Below, in pieces: positions 9,014 through 18,627 of a DNA stretch of 64,000 bases. Source of the stretch: a virus; IMG/VR virus record IMGVR_UViG_3300046616_000188. One strand, 5' to 3'. The notes under the pieces were generated by a model. The model saw only the letters and a program-made list of their open reading frames with translations, did not search any database and was not told where the DNA came from. Position numbers and translations under genes: made by a program. How positions within the stretch are numbered: position 1 is the stretch's first letter; every line of letters begins with the position of its first letter.

Positions 9014-9517
9014 TTGACAACCATCGCATTTCGTGACGGCGTACTTGCATCTGATTCAAAGATTAGCTCTGGCTCAGATGTTTTCGTAGGGGAATTTAAA
9101 AAGGTTTTTAAATTAGTAGTTGAAGAACAGTTATCTTGGGTAGAAAGACTGGTATTTAGAAAAGAGCCACACCAAATAGAATATCTAATCGGCGCAGCTG
9201 GTACACTAAGCGATATCCAAGAATATATTGGTTGTATGTTTCTCGGAGAAGAAAGAACTAAAGGGGATTACGATTGTTCCCTCCTCGCGATTCAGCAAGA
9301 CGAAGATGGCGGCTATATCATTAGGAAGTATGACGGCGGGCTAAGAGGCCATGTCGTTAATGCCAAATATGCTTCAATCGGTTCTGGCTACGAAATAGCA
9401 CTAGGCGCGATGTATCAAGGCGCATCGGCTGAAGAAGCTGTAGCAGCTGCGATGTATCACGATAACACAAGTGGCGGCGAGCTACAAAAAGTGAGCTTCG
9501 CAGACGATGAAGAGTGA
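9014..9517 (+). CDS. Ntn-hydrolase, HslV/proteasome beta-subunit-like peptidase
   Basis: N-terminal MTTIA...ASDS, SIGSG...ALGAM, D..SGG. Confidence 0.75.
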   Translation: MTTIAFRDGVLASDSKISSGSDVFVGEFKKVFKLVVEEQLSWVERLVFRKEPHQIEYLIGAAGTLSDIQEYIGCMFLGEERTKGDYDCSLLAIQQDEDGGYIIRKYDGGLRGHVVNAKYASIGSGYEIALGAMYQGASAEEAVAAAMYHDNTSGGELQKVSFADDEE

Positions 9518-9692
9518 AACAGACGAAAAGCCTTATGGTGAATTAACTAAATATTATGACATGCTGCGACAAGGTAATATGATCGCGGCACGCCTTCATC
9601 AAAAAATTATTTCAGAGCACAGCGCCAAAGCGTTGTTTATCAAGATGATTGAAGATTTGACGAAGGAAGTTTTGAAAGATAATAAAAAATGA
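9507..9692 (+). CDS. Hypothetical protein
   Basis: 61-aa coupled ORF. Confidence 0.5.
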   Translation: MKSETDEKPYGELTKYYDMLRQGNMIAARLHQKIISEHSAKALFIKMIEDLTKEVLKDNKK

Positions 9693-10009
9693 ACATCATG
9701 ATTGACTATGATAGAACTTTCACAGCTGACGTTGCGATGTGGAGAGAAGTAATTGATAACTCCTTCCTGTTTTACGGACATAAAGTTTTTCTAGTCACAT
9801 CAAGATCAATGGAGCAGCCTATCGATTTGGTTCAAGACTTTGTCGATAGGAAGATTCCTATTATCTATTGCGCGTTCAGGGCTAAGCGCGACGTTTGCAC
9901 CGAACAAGGAATTAGAATTGATATTTGGATCGATGATGATCCTCAGTGGATCACTGACGATATTGTGTTCGATCCTGACAGAGCGGCCAAGAAGCTGGAG
10001 ATGGATTAA
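9689..10009 (+). CDS. Small HAD-superfamily protein
   Basis: IDYDRT, VTSR, WIDDDP. Confidence 0.7.
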   Translation: MNIMIDYDRTFTADVAMWREVIDNSFLFYGHKVFLVTSRSMEQPIDLVQDFVDRKIPIIYCAFRAKRDVCTEQGIRIDIWIDDDPQWITDDIVFDPDRAAKKLEMD

Positions 10010-10503
10010 TGACGTGCCAAATATTTAAAACTAATCCTGAATTCGTCACGCCGGTTGGAATATGGTTAGCAAGAAAATTAAACAAAGGCGTTGCTCGGGT
10101 CTGGCCTCTGGTACGGCAGAAGACTTACGATAAATTATCTTCACTTTATTATAATAAAATCAAAGAGCTTCACGATTCACTCGAATACGTTGATGAACTG
10201 GAAGAACAGTATTATTCACGTGCTGAAAGAATACTACCATTCCCTTCGGGACGGTACGAAGGATCAATAAAAGAGTCATTGCTCCCTGACAGACCTTATA
10301 AAAGGTTTAGTTATAGATTAGAGCCTATTTGGGGCGGACGAGAAATAGATATCGGATATACCGACGATCCAAATTATACAGACCACGTTAAAGAATTATT
10401 AGTTAAACAGATTGGCGAGCTTTGGCAAGAAAAAGGCGAAGCTGAAGCAAGAAGGTTATTATTTAATGACGACAGGAAAATTCGTAAAATTCCCTTCTAT
10501 TGA
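10009..10503 (+). CDS. Hypothetical protein
   Basis: 164-aa ORF. Confidence 0.55.
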   Translation: MTCQIFKTNPEFVTPVGIWLARKLNKGVARVWPLVRQKTYDKLSSLYYNKIKELHDSLEYVDELEEQYYSRAERILPFPSGRYEGSIKESLLPDRPYKRFSYRLEPIWGGREIDIGYTDDPNYTDHVKELLVKQIGELWQEKGEAEARRLLFNDDRKIRKIPFY

Positions 10504-11452
10504 GAAGTTTTCAGATGTCAACGCGCTTATTAAGCGCCGCTTTGAACTAAATGATCGACCCACGATCACGTATCGCGGCAAAGTAAAATTACATGGCACA
10601 AATGCGGCAATTCGGATCGATCCAGACGGCACAGTGACTTGCTTCAAACGAACCGGGGTTTGCAACGTCGAGAATGACAATGCTGGATTCGCTAATTGGG
10701 TTGCGGGGATAAAGACGAAATTCCCCGGCTTTCATTATTCTTATATTATTTATGGCGAATGGGCAGGCCCCGGCATTCAGAAGAAAGTGGCAGTATCTTC
10801 TATTGAACATAAAACGTTTTTCGTTTTCGCTATTTTAGATTTAGATAGCGGCATGGTATGGCTTGATCCAGATCAGATCAAGCATTTCCTTGGTGACCTT
10901 CCTGTTAAGGTTTTACCGTGGGCCGAAGGCTCCGAAGTAACCATCGATTTTAGACTCCAAAGCTCGATGGAGCAGGCCATGTCTCACATTGGTAATTTGG
11001 TCGAAGCGTGTGACAAGATCGATCCTTATATTAAAAATGAATTCGGCATTGAGGGAATTGGAGAAGGTTTTGTTTTCACTCCGCATTATGCCGCGATTAA
11101 CTTCGCTGAATATAGTGATTTAATCTTCAAGGCTAAAGGCGATAGCCATACCGTCTCGGTTCATGAAAAGAAGGCTTCGATTCAAATCGATCCAGCCGTT
11201 CTAGAAGGAGCAGCGGCCTTTGCCAAGGAATTTGTCACCCCGGCTCGATGCGAACAAGGCGTGACAGAAGCTTGCGGCGGTGAAGCCTCGATGAAGACGA
11301 TGGGCGCATTCATGAAGTGGATCGGCCAAGACGTGCAGAAAGAATCAGTAAACGAATTGGAAGCTTCAGGCCTTGATTGGAAGAATGTTTCTAAAGCCGT
11401 AAATCAACAAGCGAGAGATTGGTATATCCTCGCAACCGAGAGGAATTTATAA
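10466..11452 (+). CDS. RNA ligase 2-like (Rnl2 family)
   Basis: KVKLHGTN motif I, YGEWAG, FFVF, EGFVF, FKAKG. Confidence 0.8.
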   Translation: MTTGKFVKFPSIEKFSDVNALIKRRFELNDRPTITYRGKVKLHGTNAAIRIDPDGTVTCFKRTGVCNVENDNAGFANWVAGIKTKFPGFHYSYIIYGEWAGPGIQKKVAVSSIEHKTFFVFAILDLDSGMVWLDPDQIKHFLGDLPVKVLPWAEGSEVTIDFRLQSSMEQAMSHIGNLVEACDKIDPYIKNEFGIEGIGEGFVFTPHYAAINFAEYSDLIFKAKGDSHTVSVHEKKASIQIDPAVLEGAAAFAKEFVTPARCEQGVTEACGGEASMKTMGAFMKWIGQDVQKESVNELEASGLDWKNVSKAVNQQARDWYILATERNL

Positions 11453-11928
11453 TGCCTAATAATATTGTATTTGATATCGAATCTACTCCTATTGCTGTTT
11501 ACCCCTACGGGGATTACTATAACATCGGCTCTGGCGTGTCATGGGCCGAAGCGCTTGGCGACCAAAAGGTTGAACCAGCCGTCAGAGAAATTCCGGTAGA
11601 AGTAGGTGATAGGTTTTATGATTCACTGATCGGAGAAGTTGAAGTTATTTATATCTCCGATTTTGGTCAGATCGTCATTAGGTACAGTGACGGTTCGATA
11701 AGCACTTTCGAAACCATTGGCGAATTCAACGGCTCGGGCTTAGAAAAGGTTTTTGAAACCGATGGCTGGATCAATGTTATTCGGGACACTGAATTTAACG
11801 AAGTCTTCTTCGATGATGCAGTTTATGTCACTGAAGAAGCTGCCATTCTCGCCTTTGAAGACACCAAGCTCTCATCATGGGAACTGCTAGATACGACTCA
11901 CATCGCGTGGGACAATAAGTATGACTGA
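11452..11928 (+). CDS. Hypothetical protein
   Basis: GAGG RBS, TAATG-coupled. Confidence 0.6.
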   Translation: MPNNIVFDIESTPIAVYPYGDYYNIGSGVSWAEALGDQKVEPAVREIPVEVGDRFYDSLIGEVEVIYISDFGQIVIRYSDGSISTFETIGEFNGSGLEKVFETDGWINVIRDTEFNEVFFDDAVYVTEEAAILAFEDTKLSSWELLDTTHIAWDNKYD

Positions 11929-12118
11929 TCAGCCAGATATCTATATCAGTAAAGGTCGTACCGGAAGTGGTGATGAAGTCGAAGTCTTCCTTTGGAAATA
12001 CAGACCAACCAACGAAGAAGTTGAGGCCCTGTATCAACAAGTTTATGCCTATGAGTATGAAGAAGATGGCGAAGGCGTTTATTTCACAATCGAGCATGCA
12101 ATGTGGGCACATAAATGA
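11921..12118 (+). CDS. Hypothetical protein
   Basis: 65-aa coupled ORF. Confidence 0.5.
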   Translation: MTDQPDIYISKGRTGSGDEVEVFLWKYRPTNEEVEALYQQVYAYEYEEDGEGVYFTIEHAMWAHK

Positions 12119-12375
12119 GCAAAGCTAAAATCGGATACCATCTCACTGAAATCAAGAAGGGAGTGCTTGGCGAATCGTCCAAGATTATGGAAGAGCTTCT
12201 TGAACTATGTGATGCAGAAGAGCAAGGTTGCAAGGTAATGGCTCTTGTCGAGCTTTCTGATCTTGTCGGTGCGGTTCGGGCCTATCTTCATCATAACCAT
12301 CCCGGCATCACTTTAGATGATCTTGACCTTATGGCCAGCATCACGAAAAGAGCTTTCGACAATGGAAGACGATGA
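12115..12375 (+). CDS. MazG-like all-alpha NTP pyrophosphohydrolase (single domain)
   Basis: KIMEELLEL...LVELSDLVG (EExxE...ExxD). Confidence 0.6.
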   Translation: MSKAKIGYHLTEIKKGVLGESSKIMEELLELCDAEEQGCKVMALVELSDLVGAVRAYLHHNHPGITLDDLDLMASITKRAFDNGRR

Positions 12376-12550
12376 AGCGTACCAGCGTACTAGGTATCTT
12401 CTATTGGAACAATTGAGACAGCTTGACCAAGAGTTTAAAAAATTGGCTGAGCCTATTCTCCGAAAGCTGGTAGAACTTGAGGCTTGCAGGCCTTGCCCTC
12501 TTTTAAGCGAGCTACAATGGAAAACGATAACATCATCCGATACGATTTAA
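12362..12550 (+). CDS. Hypothetical protein
   Basis: Helical ORF MEDDEAYQR... Confidence 0.45.
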   Translation: MEDDEAYQRTRYLLLEQLRQLDQEFKKLAEPILRKLVELEACRPCPLLSELQWKTITSSDTI

Positions 12551-13062
12551 TCGCTCAAGCCCTTGACTTTTATAAAGGTTTAGGCTATAGAGAGATTAAC
12601 GTTCCGTGGCATGTCAGAACTGAAGTCTCTGACATCACTTGCCCAAGCCCTGACAGAGCTTATCCGTTCGAGAATGGCGTGCTGGTAGGATCGGCGGAAC
12701 AGTCAATGATCCAAATGGCATTAGATGGCGAATTGGTCCAAGGCCTAAGCTATGTCACTGTCACACCCTGTTTCAGAAATGAGCCTGAACTAGACCGCTA
12801 CCATCAGAAATATTTTATGAAGGTAGAACTATTTCATTTCGGAATTAATTATCAGGCCTACAGACTTATCCGACACGACGCGTTTCAATTTTTAAAATCT
12901 CTTACGGCTAAAACGATTGATGTTGTTGAATATGACGGACGAAACAGCGATATGGAAATTGATGGTGTCGAAATAGGTTCGTATAACTTTCGCTCCATGA
13001 ACGGCGTTACGTGGACCTGTGGCACCGGCCTAGCCCTGCCGCGATTTACTAAGGTTATGTAA
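12517..13062 (+). CDS. Minimal class II aminoacyl-tRNA synthetase-like catalytic domain
   Basis: Motif 2-like PCFRNE...H..YFMKVE, EIGS, motif 3-like GTGLALPR; no anticodon-binding domain. Confidence 0.7.
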   Translation: MENDNIIRYDLIAQALDFYKGLGYREINVPWHVRTEVSDITCPSPDRAYPFENGVLVGSAEQSMIQMALDGELVQGLSYVTVTPCFRNEPELDRYHQKYFMKVELFHFGINYQAYRLIRHDAFQFLKSLTAKTIDVVEYDGRNSDMEIDGVEIGSYNFRSMNGVTWTCGTGLALPRFTKVM

Positions 13063-13208
13063 TGGCAGAGATTCACGATCTAAATGTCTATAGAAAAATT
13101 AAAAAACTCAAAAAGAACAATGACGTATTGGTAAGAGCCTTGGCCGTGTTCGATCACGACAAAGCTAGATATGAAGCAATTATAAAAGAATATGACCATA
13201 AAAATTGA
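13062..13208 (+). CDS. Small hypothetical protein (48 aa)
   Basis: Read by hand: MAEIHDLNVYRKIKK...DHKN*, TAATG-coupled. Confidence 0.45.
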   Translation: MAEIHDLNVYRKIKKLKKNNDVLVRALAVFDHDKARYEAIIKEYDHKN

Positions 13209-14924
13209 TAGGGTTGACGGGCTATATGTCGCCCGTTGTACCTATGAAGAACGATTAATCCTTAAAAGACAAGGGTTTAAGTATAACGGTAAACGATGGA
13301 TCACTGAAAGTGACGATATCGCTCGTAAGTTATATGACAATTGTACCGGTTTGGCTAAAGAACGTCTCGATAACTTAGACGAGATTAAGAGGCAGCTGGT
13401 AGAAGCATCGTTTGCCGATGATTATGACGGACACCTCCTTGCCCCTGAAGGCTTGAATTATCTCCCGTTCCAGCGCGCCGGTATTGCGTTCGCGTTGGAG
13501 CGTGACGATACGCTTATTGCAGATAGTCCCGGCTTGGGAAAACTGTTCAGGCATTAGGTGTAGTTAACAACGTCCCTAATGTCAAGAATATCTTAATCGT
13601 TGTTCCCGCCTCCCTTAAAATCAATTGGAAAAAGGAGGCGACGAAGTGGATAAGACCTGAGCTTGGCCTAACAATTGGCATAGCTCACACAAAAGCTAAA
13701 ACTATTATAGATTCTGAAGGCACGAAAAAATCTGTCACAGAATACATCTGGCCCGATGAAGATATTGTCATTATCAATTACGACATGCTAGCTCCGTTTC
13801 GCGAAAAGGTCATGGCGCGTAAGTGGGATATTTTAGTCTGTGACGAGGCTCACGTCCTCAAGAACAAAGACGCTAATAAGACAAAGCAAGTCTTAGGTTA
13901 CGAAGGTAAACGCCGCAGCGATAAGATGTCAGCGATTGAAGCTGTTAGAAGGATATTCCTAACCGGTACTCCGATTCTCAATAAGCCGTTGGACATGTTC
14001 TGCACCATCTCGGCCTTCGGCTATGAAGATGTTTTTGGCAACTACGTTAAATTTATTAAAAAATTCTGCGCCGCGTTCGAAACCCCTTGGGGGCATTGGG
14101 ACACGACAGGAACGGATAATCTTGAGGAATTTCAAGAGCTTCTTCGTTCCACCTTCATGATCAGAAGACATAAGGACGACGTTCTGAAGGAGCTTCCGCC
14201 TAAGAGGCGGCAAATCATTACACTGCCTCAAGACGGCCTGTCTCGAATTGTCAAAAAGGAAAAGCAGATTTTCCAAGACAACCTGAAAAATCTCATGATC
14301 CTGAACGGTGAAAAAACCGAGGCAGATTATGAGGAAATGACTGACACGCAGCTTCGTCACCTCATTGATAATATTCACGAAAGAACCAGAAATTTCTCAG
14401 ACGTGGAAGACTTCGACAATTACGAGGCGACTCATTTCGAAGCCATAGCGCATGCCAGAGAAGAAATTGGCTTGGCCAAACTTCCGATGATGATTGAGTA
14501 TATCAGGTCGTTGGTCGATACGGGTGAAAAAGTTGTGGTGCTCGTGGTCCATAGAACTGTGGCTCATAGGATCGCGGATGCGTTCGAAGGTTCAGTTAAA
14601 TTTATTGGAGGCATGAGTGACAAGGAAAAGAATCTTTCTGTTGAGACTTTCCAGACTGATCCAGATTGTAAGGTTTTCGTTGGTAACATCAATGCTGCTG
14701 GCGTTGGTATTACTCTTACTGAGTCGTGGAATCTTGTTATGGGCGAACTATGTTTCGTCCCTGCCTTATTAGAACAAGGCGAAGATAGGATTCACAGAAT
14801 TGGACAAGTGGCTCATGCCTTGATTCATTACCTCATTGTGTCTGGATCACTGGAAGAGCGCTTGATGGAAATCGTGTTAGAGAAACTAGAAATGATTCAT
14901 GCAGCGTTGGATAGAAAGAAATGA
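13192..14924 (+). CDS. SNF2-family helicase, interrupted by a -1 frameshift at ~13542 (~577 aa when joined)
   Basis: Frame 0 to IADSPGLGK; -1 frame open from 13542: TVQALG...VPASLKINW...CDEAH...LTGTPILN...GVGITL...QGEDRIHRIGQ. Confidence 0.9.
13536..13583 (+). other. Candidate -1 frameshift signal (G_GGA_AAA, 7-nt spacer, hairpin)
   Basis: Heptamer 13536-13542 in phase; GGCATTAGG (13550-58) pairs with CCTAATGTC (13575-83). Confidence 0.5.
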
Positions 14925-15020
14925 AGAAAAAACTAAAATGGGTAAACGCCGCGAGGCGAGAATTAGGCTATCCGGTGTGGACCATGGCGCAACTACTTGA
15001 GCATCAAAAGAGAAAAATAA

Positions 15021-15326
15021 ATGAGAACAAGAAGTGAATGTAATTGTACGTGTCACACAATGCCTGCCAAGATGCACGTCATGGCGTGTTGTGTACCAGA
15101 TAAGGAAGAAAAAATGTACGTATTTAAGACAGAAGGCCTTGAAATTTTAGAAACAGCCAAAGTGGTTCAAACCTCAGAATTCTTTTACGACTTGTTTGAC
15201 GGCGGCTATATCGATCCAAGCCTTATTCTTGTTGAAGAAGACGCGGCGCGTGTTAACGAGGCAATCCGTCTCATCCTAGAATTCCGCGAAACGTTGGAAG
15301 AAAATGACATGGTGGAATATTCGTAA
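15021..15326 (+). CDS. Hypothetical protein, Cys/His-rich N-terminus
   Basis: CNCTCH...H...CC. Confidence 0.55.
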   Translation: MRTRSECNCTCHTMPAKMHVMACCVPDKEEKMYVFKTEGLEILETAKVVQTSEFFYDLFDGGYIDPSLILVEEDAARVNEAIRLILEFRETLEENDMVEYS

Positions 15327-15342
15327 CAAAATCAAAAAGCCG

Positions 15343-15372
15343 CTTGACATCTAAATTCAATATCGCTATATC
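15343..15372 (+). promoter_or_regulatory. sigma70 promoter, rhizobial consensus
   Basis: CTTGAC-N17-CTATAT exact match. Confidence 0.75.
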
Positions 15373-15417
15373 GATGTTGCAAATGAAATTCCTGACTAAC
15401 AAATTAAGGAGATTTGA

Positions 15418-16332
15418 ATGATTAAGAAGATGATTATGGGTGCCGCACTTGTTCTGGCCGCAACGATGGGCTCGGTCAGCCTCGCTCAGGCCGAAACCCC
15501 GACGCTGAAGTTTTGCTCCGGTGCAAAGGGTGGGGTTTACGACTACACCGCCGAAGTGCTGAAGCAGCAACTTGCTGGCACGGTAGACGTTGTCAACGTT
15601 AACACCGCTGGTTCTATGGATAACCTTCAGAAGATCGCGAGTGGCGAATGTGACGCAGCTGCGGCGCAGAGTGATAGTCTTTATCTCTATGGTAAGGAAA
15701 ATCCGAATGCGCTCGATCTGATCGTTCTGGAAAATAACCTCTATACCGAATTCTTCCACCTGATTTGTAATCGCAAGTCTGGCGTGACGCAGTTTTCCGA
15801 CCTGACCAAGAGCACTCTGGTTTACTCCGGTGGGCGAGGTTCCGGTTCCGATGTTTCACTTCGCGGCCTAATCGCGGCTGATGTTGAACACGGCGGCGGG
15901 GATTACAAGGAAGTTCCGATCAGTAATGAAGGCGGCGCTGCTGCTTTGATTAAGCTTAACGGCGGTAAGGGTGCGTGCCTCGCTTATACCGGCGCTCCGG
16001 GTGGTAAGTTTGTTTCCGGTGATGCTTCGAAGTTCGCTGAATCTCTGGTCATCGTGCCGGTAGAAGATAAGGACTTCAATGATGCGGAATACACCGACTC
16101 GAACGGTGTGAAGCAGTCGGTTTGGTCCAACGTAACGATGCCTTACTCTTCTTACGGCAAGCTGATGCCTAGTGGGACATTCGGTCGCAAAGACGTTGCC
16201 ACGATGGGCGTTGCGGCTGAAATCATTGTCTCTTCGGCTTGGTCCACCGCAAATCCTGACGCCTTTGGTGAAGTAGGCCTCTCTATCCCTGACGTGAAGA
16301 ATTTGGTCCGCTCGACCAAGAAGCTTCAGTAA
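15418..16332 (+). CDS. TAXI-family TRAP transporter solute-binding protein
   Basis: Signal peptide (AQA), GGVY, TAGSMDNL, AAAQSD, LYTEFFHLI, GSGS; AAGGAG RBS. Confidence 0.8.
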   Translation: MIKKMIMGAALVLAATMGSVSLAQAETPTLKFCSGAKGGVYDYTAEVLKQQLAGTVDVVNVNTAGSMDNLQKIASGECDAAAAQSDSLYLYGKENPNALDLIVLENNLYTEFFHLICNRKSGVTQFSDLTKSTLVYSGGRGSGSDVSLRGLIAADVEHGGGDYKEVPISNEGGAAALIKLNGGKGACLAYTGAPGGKFVSGDASKFAESLVIVPVEDKDFNDAEYTDSNGVKQSVWSNVTMPYSSYGKLMPSGTFGRKDVATMGVAAEIIVSSAWSTANPDAFGEVGLSIPDVKNLVRSTKKLQ

Positions 16333-16353
16333 GCTGCCGATAGGCAGACCAAC

Positions 16354-16390
16354 ATCCTCCCCAACTAATCCTTGGGGAGGATTATTTTTT
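16354..16390 (+). terminator. Rho-independent terminator
   Basis: ATCCTCCCCAA...TTGGGGAGGAT + TATTTTTT; preceded by small hairpin CTGCC-GATA-GGCAG. Confidence 0.8.
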
Positions 16391-16419
16391 TCTCAAATAT
16401 CTGAGAAGGAGTTAAATTT

Positions 16420-17436
16420 ATGAAACCGTTGATTAAATTGGAATTTGGTTCAGCACTTTATGGTACGAAGACTCCTGAAAGTGATACGGATTATAAGGGC
16501 GTCCACGTCCCTGACGCAAATAGCCTTGTGACGCAGGACGCGGATCGTGTCATCTCTAACTCGACTGGTTCGGATAAGATCAAGAATACAAAAGATGACG
16601 TGGATGATGAGAGTTATTCTATTCTGAAGTTCTTTGATATGTTGAAACGGGGAGATATGGTGGCGCAGGAGCTATTACACGTCCCGGTAGAGAAAGCCCT
16701 TGTCATGTCGCCGGAATGGAAAGACCTTATTCTTCCCAATAAGCACAAACTTGTGGCCCGCGATATCAAGGGCTTTGTCGGCTATATCCGCACTCAGTCA
16801 AATCGTTATGGGATTCGCGGCTCACGTGTCGCCACGGCTCGTAACGCGATGGACTTGTTTTCGTTTTGGGTAGCTAGTTATGGCGCTAATACCAAGATCA
16901 AAGATGTGCCCATGTTCCACGAGGAGCTTGAACGCTTCATCGTAGTGAATGATCACGCCGCGTTCGTGACGTTGCCTGTGGCTAAAGGCAGCACTGAAAC
17001 AGTGGAATATTTCGAGGCGATAAATCGTAAAGTTGGCTACACCATTGCTCTGAAAGAAGCTCACGCGATCTACAAGCGTAGTTTCGATGAGTACGGCTCT
17101 AGAGCGCTAATGGCTGAGCAGAATGAGGGTGTGGACTGGAAAGCACTGTATCACGCCATACGTGTCTCGGAGCAGGCCATGGAACTGCTTCAAACGGGTG
17201 TAATCACTTTCCCACGTCACAACGCCGCTGAGCTTCTGACGATTAAGCGTGGCGAACATCCTTATAAAGATATTGCCACTATGCTCGAAAATAATCTTGA
17301 CAAATTAGAAAATTTAATGTTAGTATCTGATTTGCCAGACGCGGTTGATGAAGACTTTATGGATGACGTGGTTCACGATCTTCACTTAAATCAGATTATG
17401 GACGAGTATCAATTAACTTGGGACCTGAATGTTTAA
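16420..17436 (+). CDS. Pol-beta superfamily nucleotidyltransferase (RlaP-like)
   Basis: FGSALYGTKTPESDTDYKG and DWKALYHAIR. Confidence 0.8.
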   Translation: MKPLIKLEFGSALYGTKTPESDTDYKGVHVPDANSLVTQDADRVISNSTGSDKIKNTKDDVDDESYSILKFFDMLKRGDMVAQELLHVPVEKALVMSPEWKDLILPNKHKLVARDIKGFVGYIRTQSNRYGIRGSRVATARNAMDLFSFWVASYGANTKIKDVPMFHEELERFIVVNDHAAFVTLPVAKGSTETVEYFEAINRKVGYTIALKEAHAIYKRSFDEYGSRALMAEQNEGVDWKALYHAIRVSEQAMELLQTGVITFPRHNAAELLTIKRGEHPYKDIATMLENNLDKLENLMLVSDLPDAVDEDFMDDVVHDLHLNQIMDEYQLTWDLNV

Positions 17437-17747
17437 TGGATAACTTAGACTCTCCGCTCGACGTAGATCGATATCATTTCGAAAAACATCTGGTAGGCCT
17501 ACAATGGCAACCTCAACCTGATATTTGGTGGGACGATGACTATTTCGAAATTGGCTACGAGTGGATCAGCAAAGATAGAACACGTCACGCCGTTGTCACT
17601 ATAGATGGGACATATGGCCGATACCGCTATTGTTATCTCATTGGCGATAAGTTCGTGGCAGGGAAACAGTTTGATCCACTCTGTTCCGAATTTCCAGATG
17701 ACTTAAGGGAGTATCTTAATGACAGTGTACGTGCTGCGAGAACTTGA
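17436..17747 (+). CDS. Hypothetical protein
   Basis: TAATG-coupled ORF. Confidence 0.55.
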   Translation: MDNLDSPLDVDRYHFEKHLVGLQWQPQPDIWWDDDYFEIGYEWISKDRTRHAVVTIDGTYGRYRYCYLIGDKFVAGKQFDPLCSEFPDDLREYLNDSVRAART

Positions 17748-17874
17748 AAATATGATTTGGTTTAATGTGGGCGTTGTTGATGAATTAGCGCTGGCAGAAA
17801 AATGGATGAATGAATCGTTTGCTCATGGCCGTCGAAATTTCATAGCTTACGAGTTAAATAGAGGTTTCAAATGA
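17719..17874 (+). CDS. Small hypothetical protein (51 aa)
   Basis: Read by hand: MTVYVLRELENM...RGFK*, GGGAG RBS. Confidence 0.45.
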   Translation: MTVYVLRELENMIWFNVGVVDELALAEKWMNESFAHGRRNFIAYELNRGFK

Positions 17875-18056
17875 TTCGTTATAAACCCGGCGACGTGCTT
17901 CAATTTAAAAATTCTAAAGAGATTAAAAGAATCATAATTAAAGCCACTAGCGATGGCTACATATTTACGAAAGAGGTTTCAGGCCTAGCCGAAGACAGCT
18001 CTGAAACTAACGATCCTTATTTCGAAGACGGCTGGAGGATTTATGATAACGATTAG
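17871..18056 (+). CDS. Hypothetical protein
   Basis: ATGA-coupled ORF. Confidence 0.5.
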   Translation: MIRYKPGDVLQFKNSKEIKRIIIKATSDGYIFTKEVSGLAEDSSETNDPYFEDGWRIYDND

Positions 18057-18231
18057 AGTTGAAGAGCACGAAGATTATTGGGAATGCGGCGATGGCTGTT
18101 GCACCAATTGGGACGTTGTGAGTGTATTTCACCACGAAGGCGAGACATACGAGTACAGAAGTTGCGACGGGGAAGTTAATATTAGAAACTTCCTTGAAGA
18201 GCATTTTCAAATTAAATTTGAGTACGAATGA
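18043..18231 (+). CDS. Hypothetical protein
   Basis: WECGDGCC motif, GGAGG RBS. Confidence 0.55.
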   Translation: MITIRVEEHEDYWECGDGCCTNWDVVSVFHHEGETYEYRSCDGEVNIRNFLEEHFQIKFEYE

Positions 18232-18464
18232 TGTGGAATAAGTTTGAAACTGAAACCCCCGTACCGGGGAGTAAAATTGTAATTGTTTCGGAACGTGGCG
18301 CTTCGTGCTACGCCGCTTATGTTAATAAAAACGGCGATATACTATACGCCGAAGACGGCGAATCACTTAGTGGCGGTTGGTGGGACAGAACAACGCTCTG
18401 GACCTATTTGCCCAATGATCATCCTATCCAATTTATGGAGCAAACCGTCGATGACTGGTATTAA
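18228..18464 (+). CDS. Hypothetical protein
   Basis: 78-aa coupled ORF. Confidence 0.55.
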   Translation: MMWNKFETETPVPGSKIVIVSERGASCYAAYVNKNGDILYAEDGESLSGGWWDRTTLWTYLPNDHPIQFMEQTVDDWY

Positions 18465-18465
18465 A

Positions 18466-18627
18466 ATGTCAATTGAAGATTACGAAGAACTTTTGGAACG
18501 CCTTAAGATGAAAGACGCTCAGGATTCCGTCAAGATCGAACTAAGCCATTCCGATGTTAAGGTTTTTATTTCTCTCGTTAAATACGAAATTGCCGACTTA
18601 AAGTTCTGGAAAGAAAGAGAAGATTAA
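18466..18627 (+). CDS. Small hypothetical protein
   Basis: From MSIEDYEEL, 53 aa. Confidence 0.45.
   Translation: MSIEDYEELLERLKMKDAQDSVKIELSHSDVKVFISLVKYEIADLKFWKERED

Noticed and set aside
13536-13545. Intein remnant at the helicase GK/T site
   Set aside because: The site is a known intein hotspot, but no intein sequence remains; the lesion is a single base
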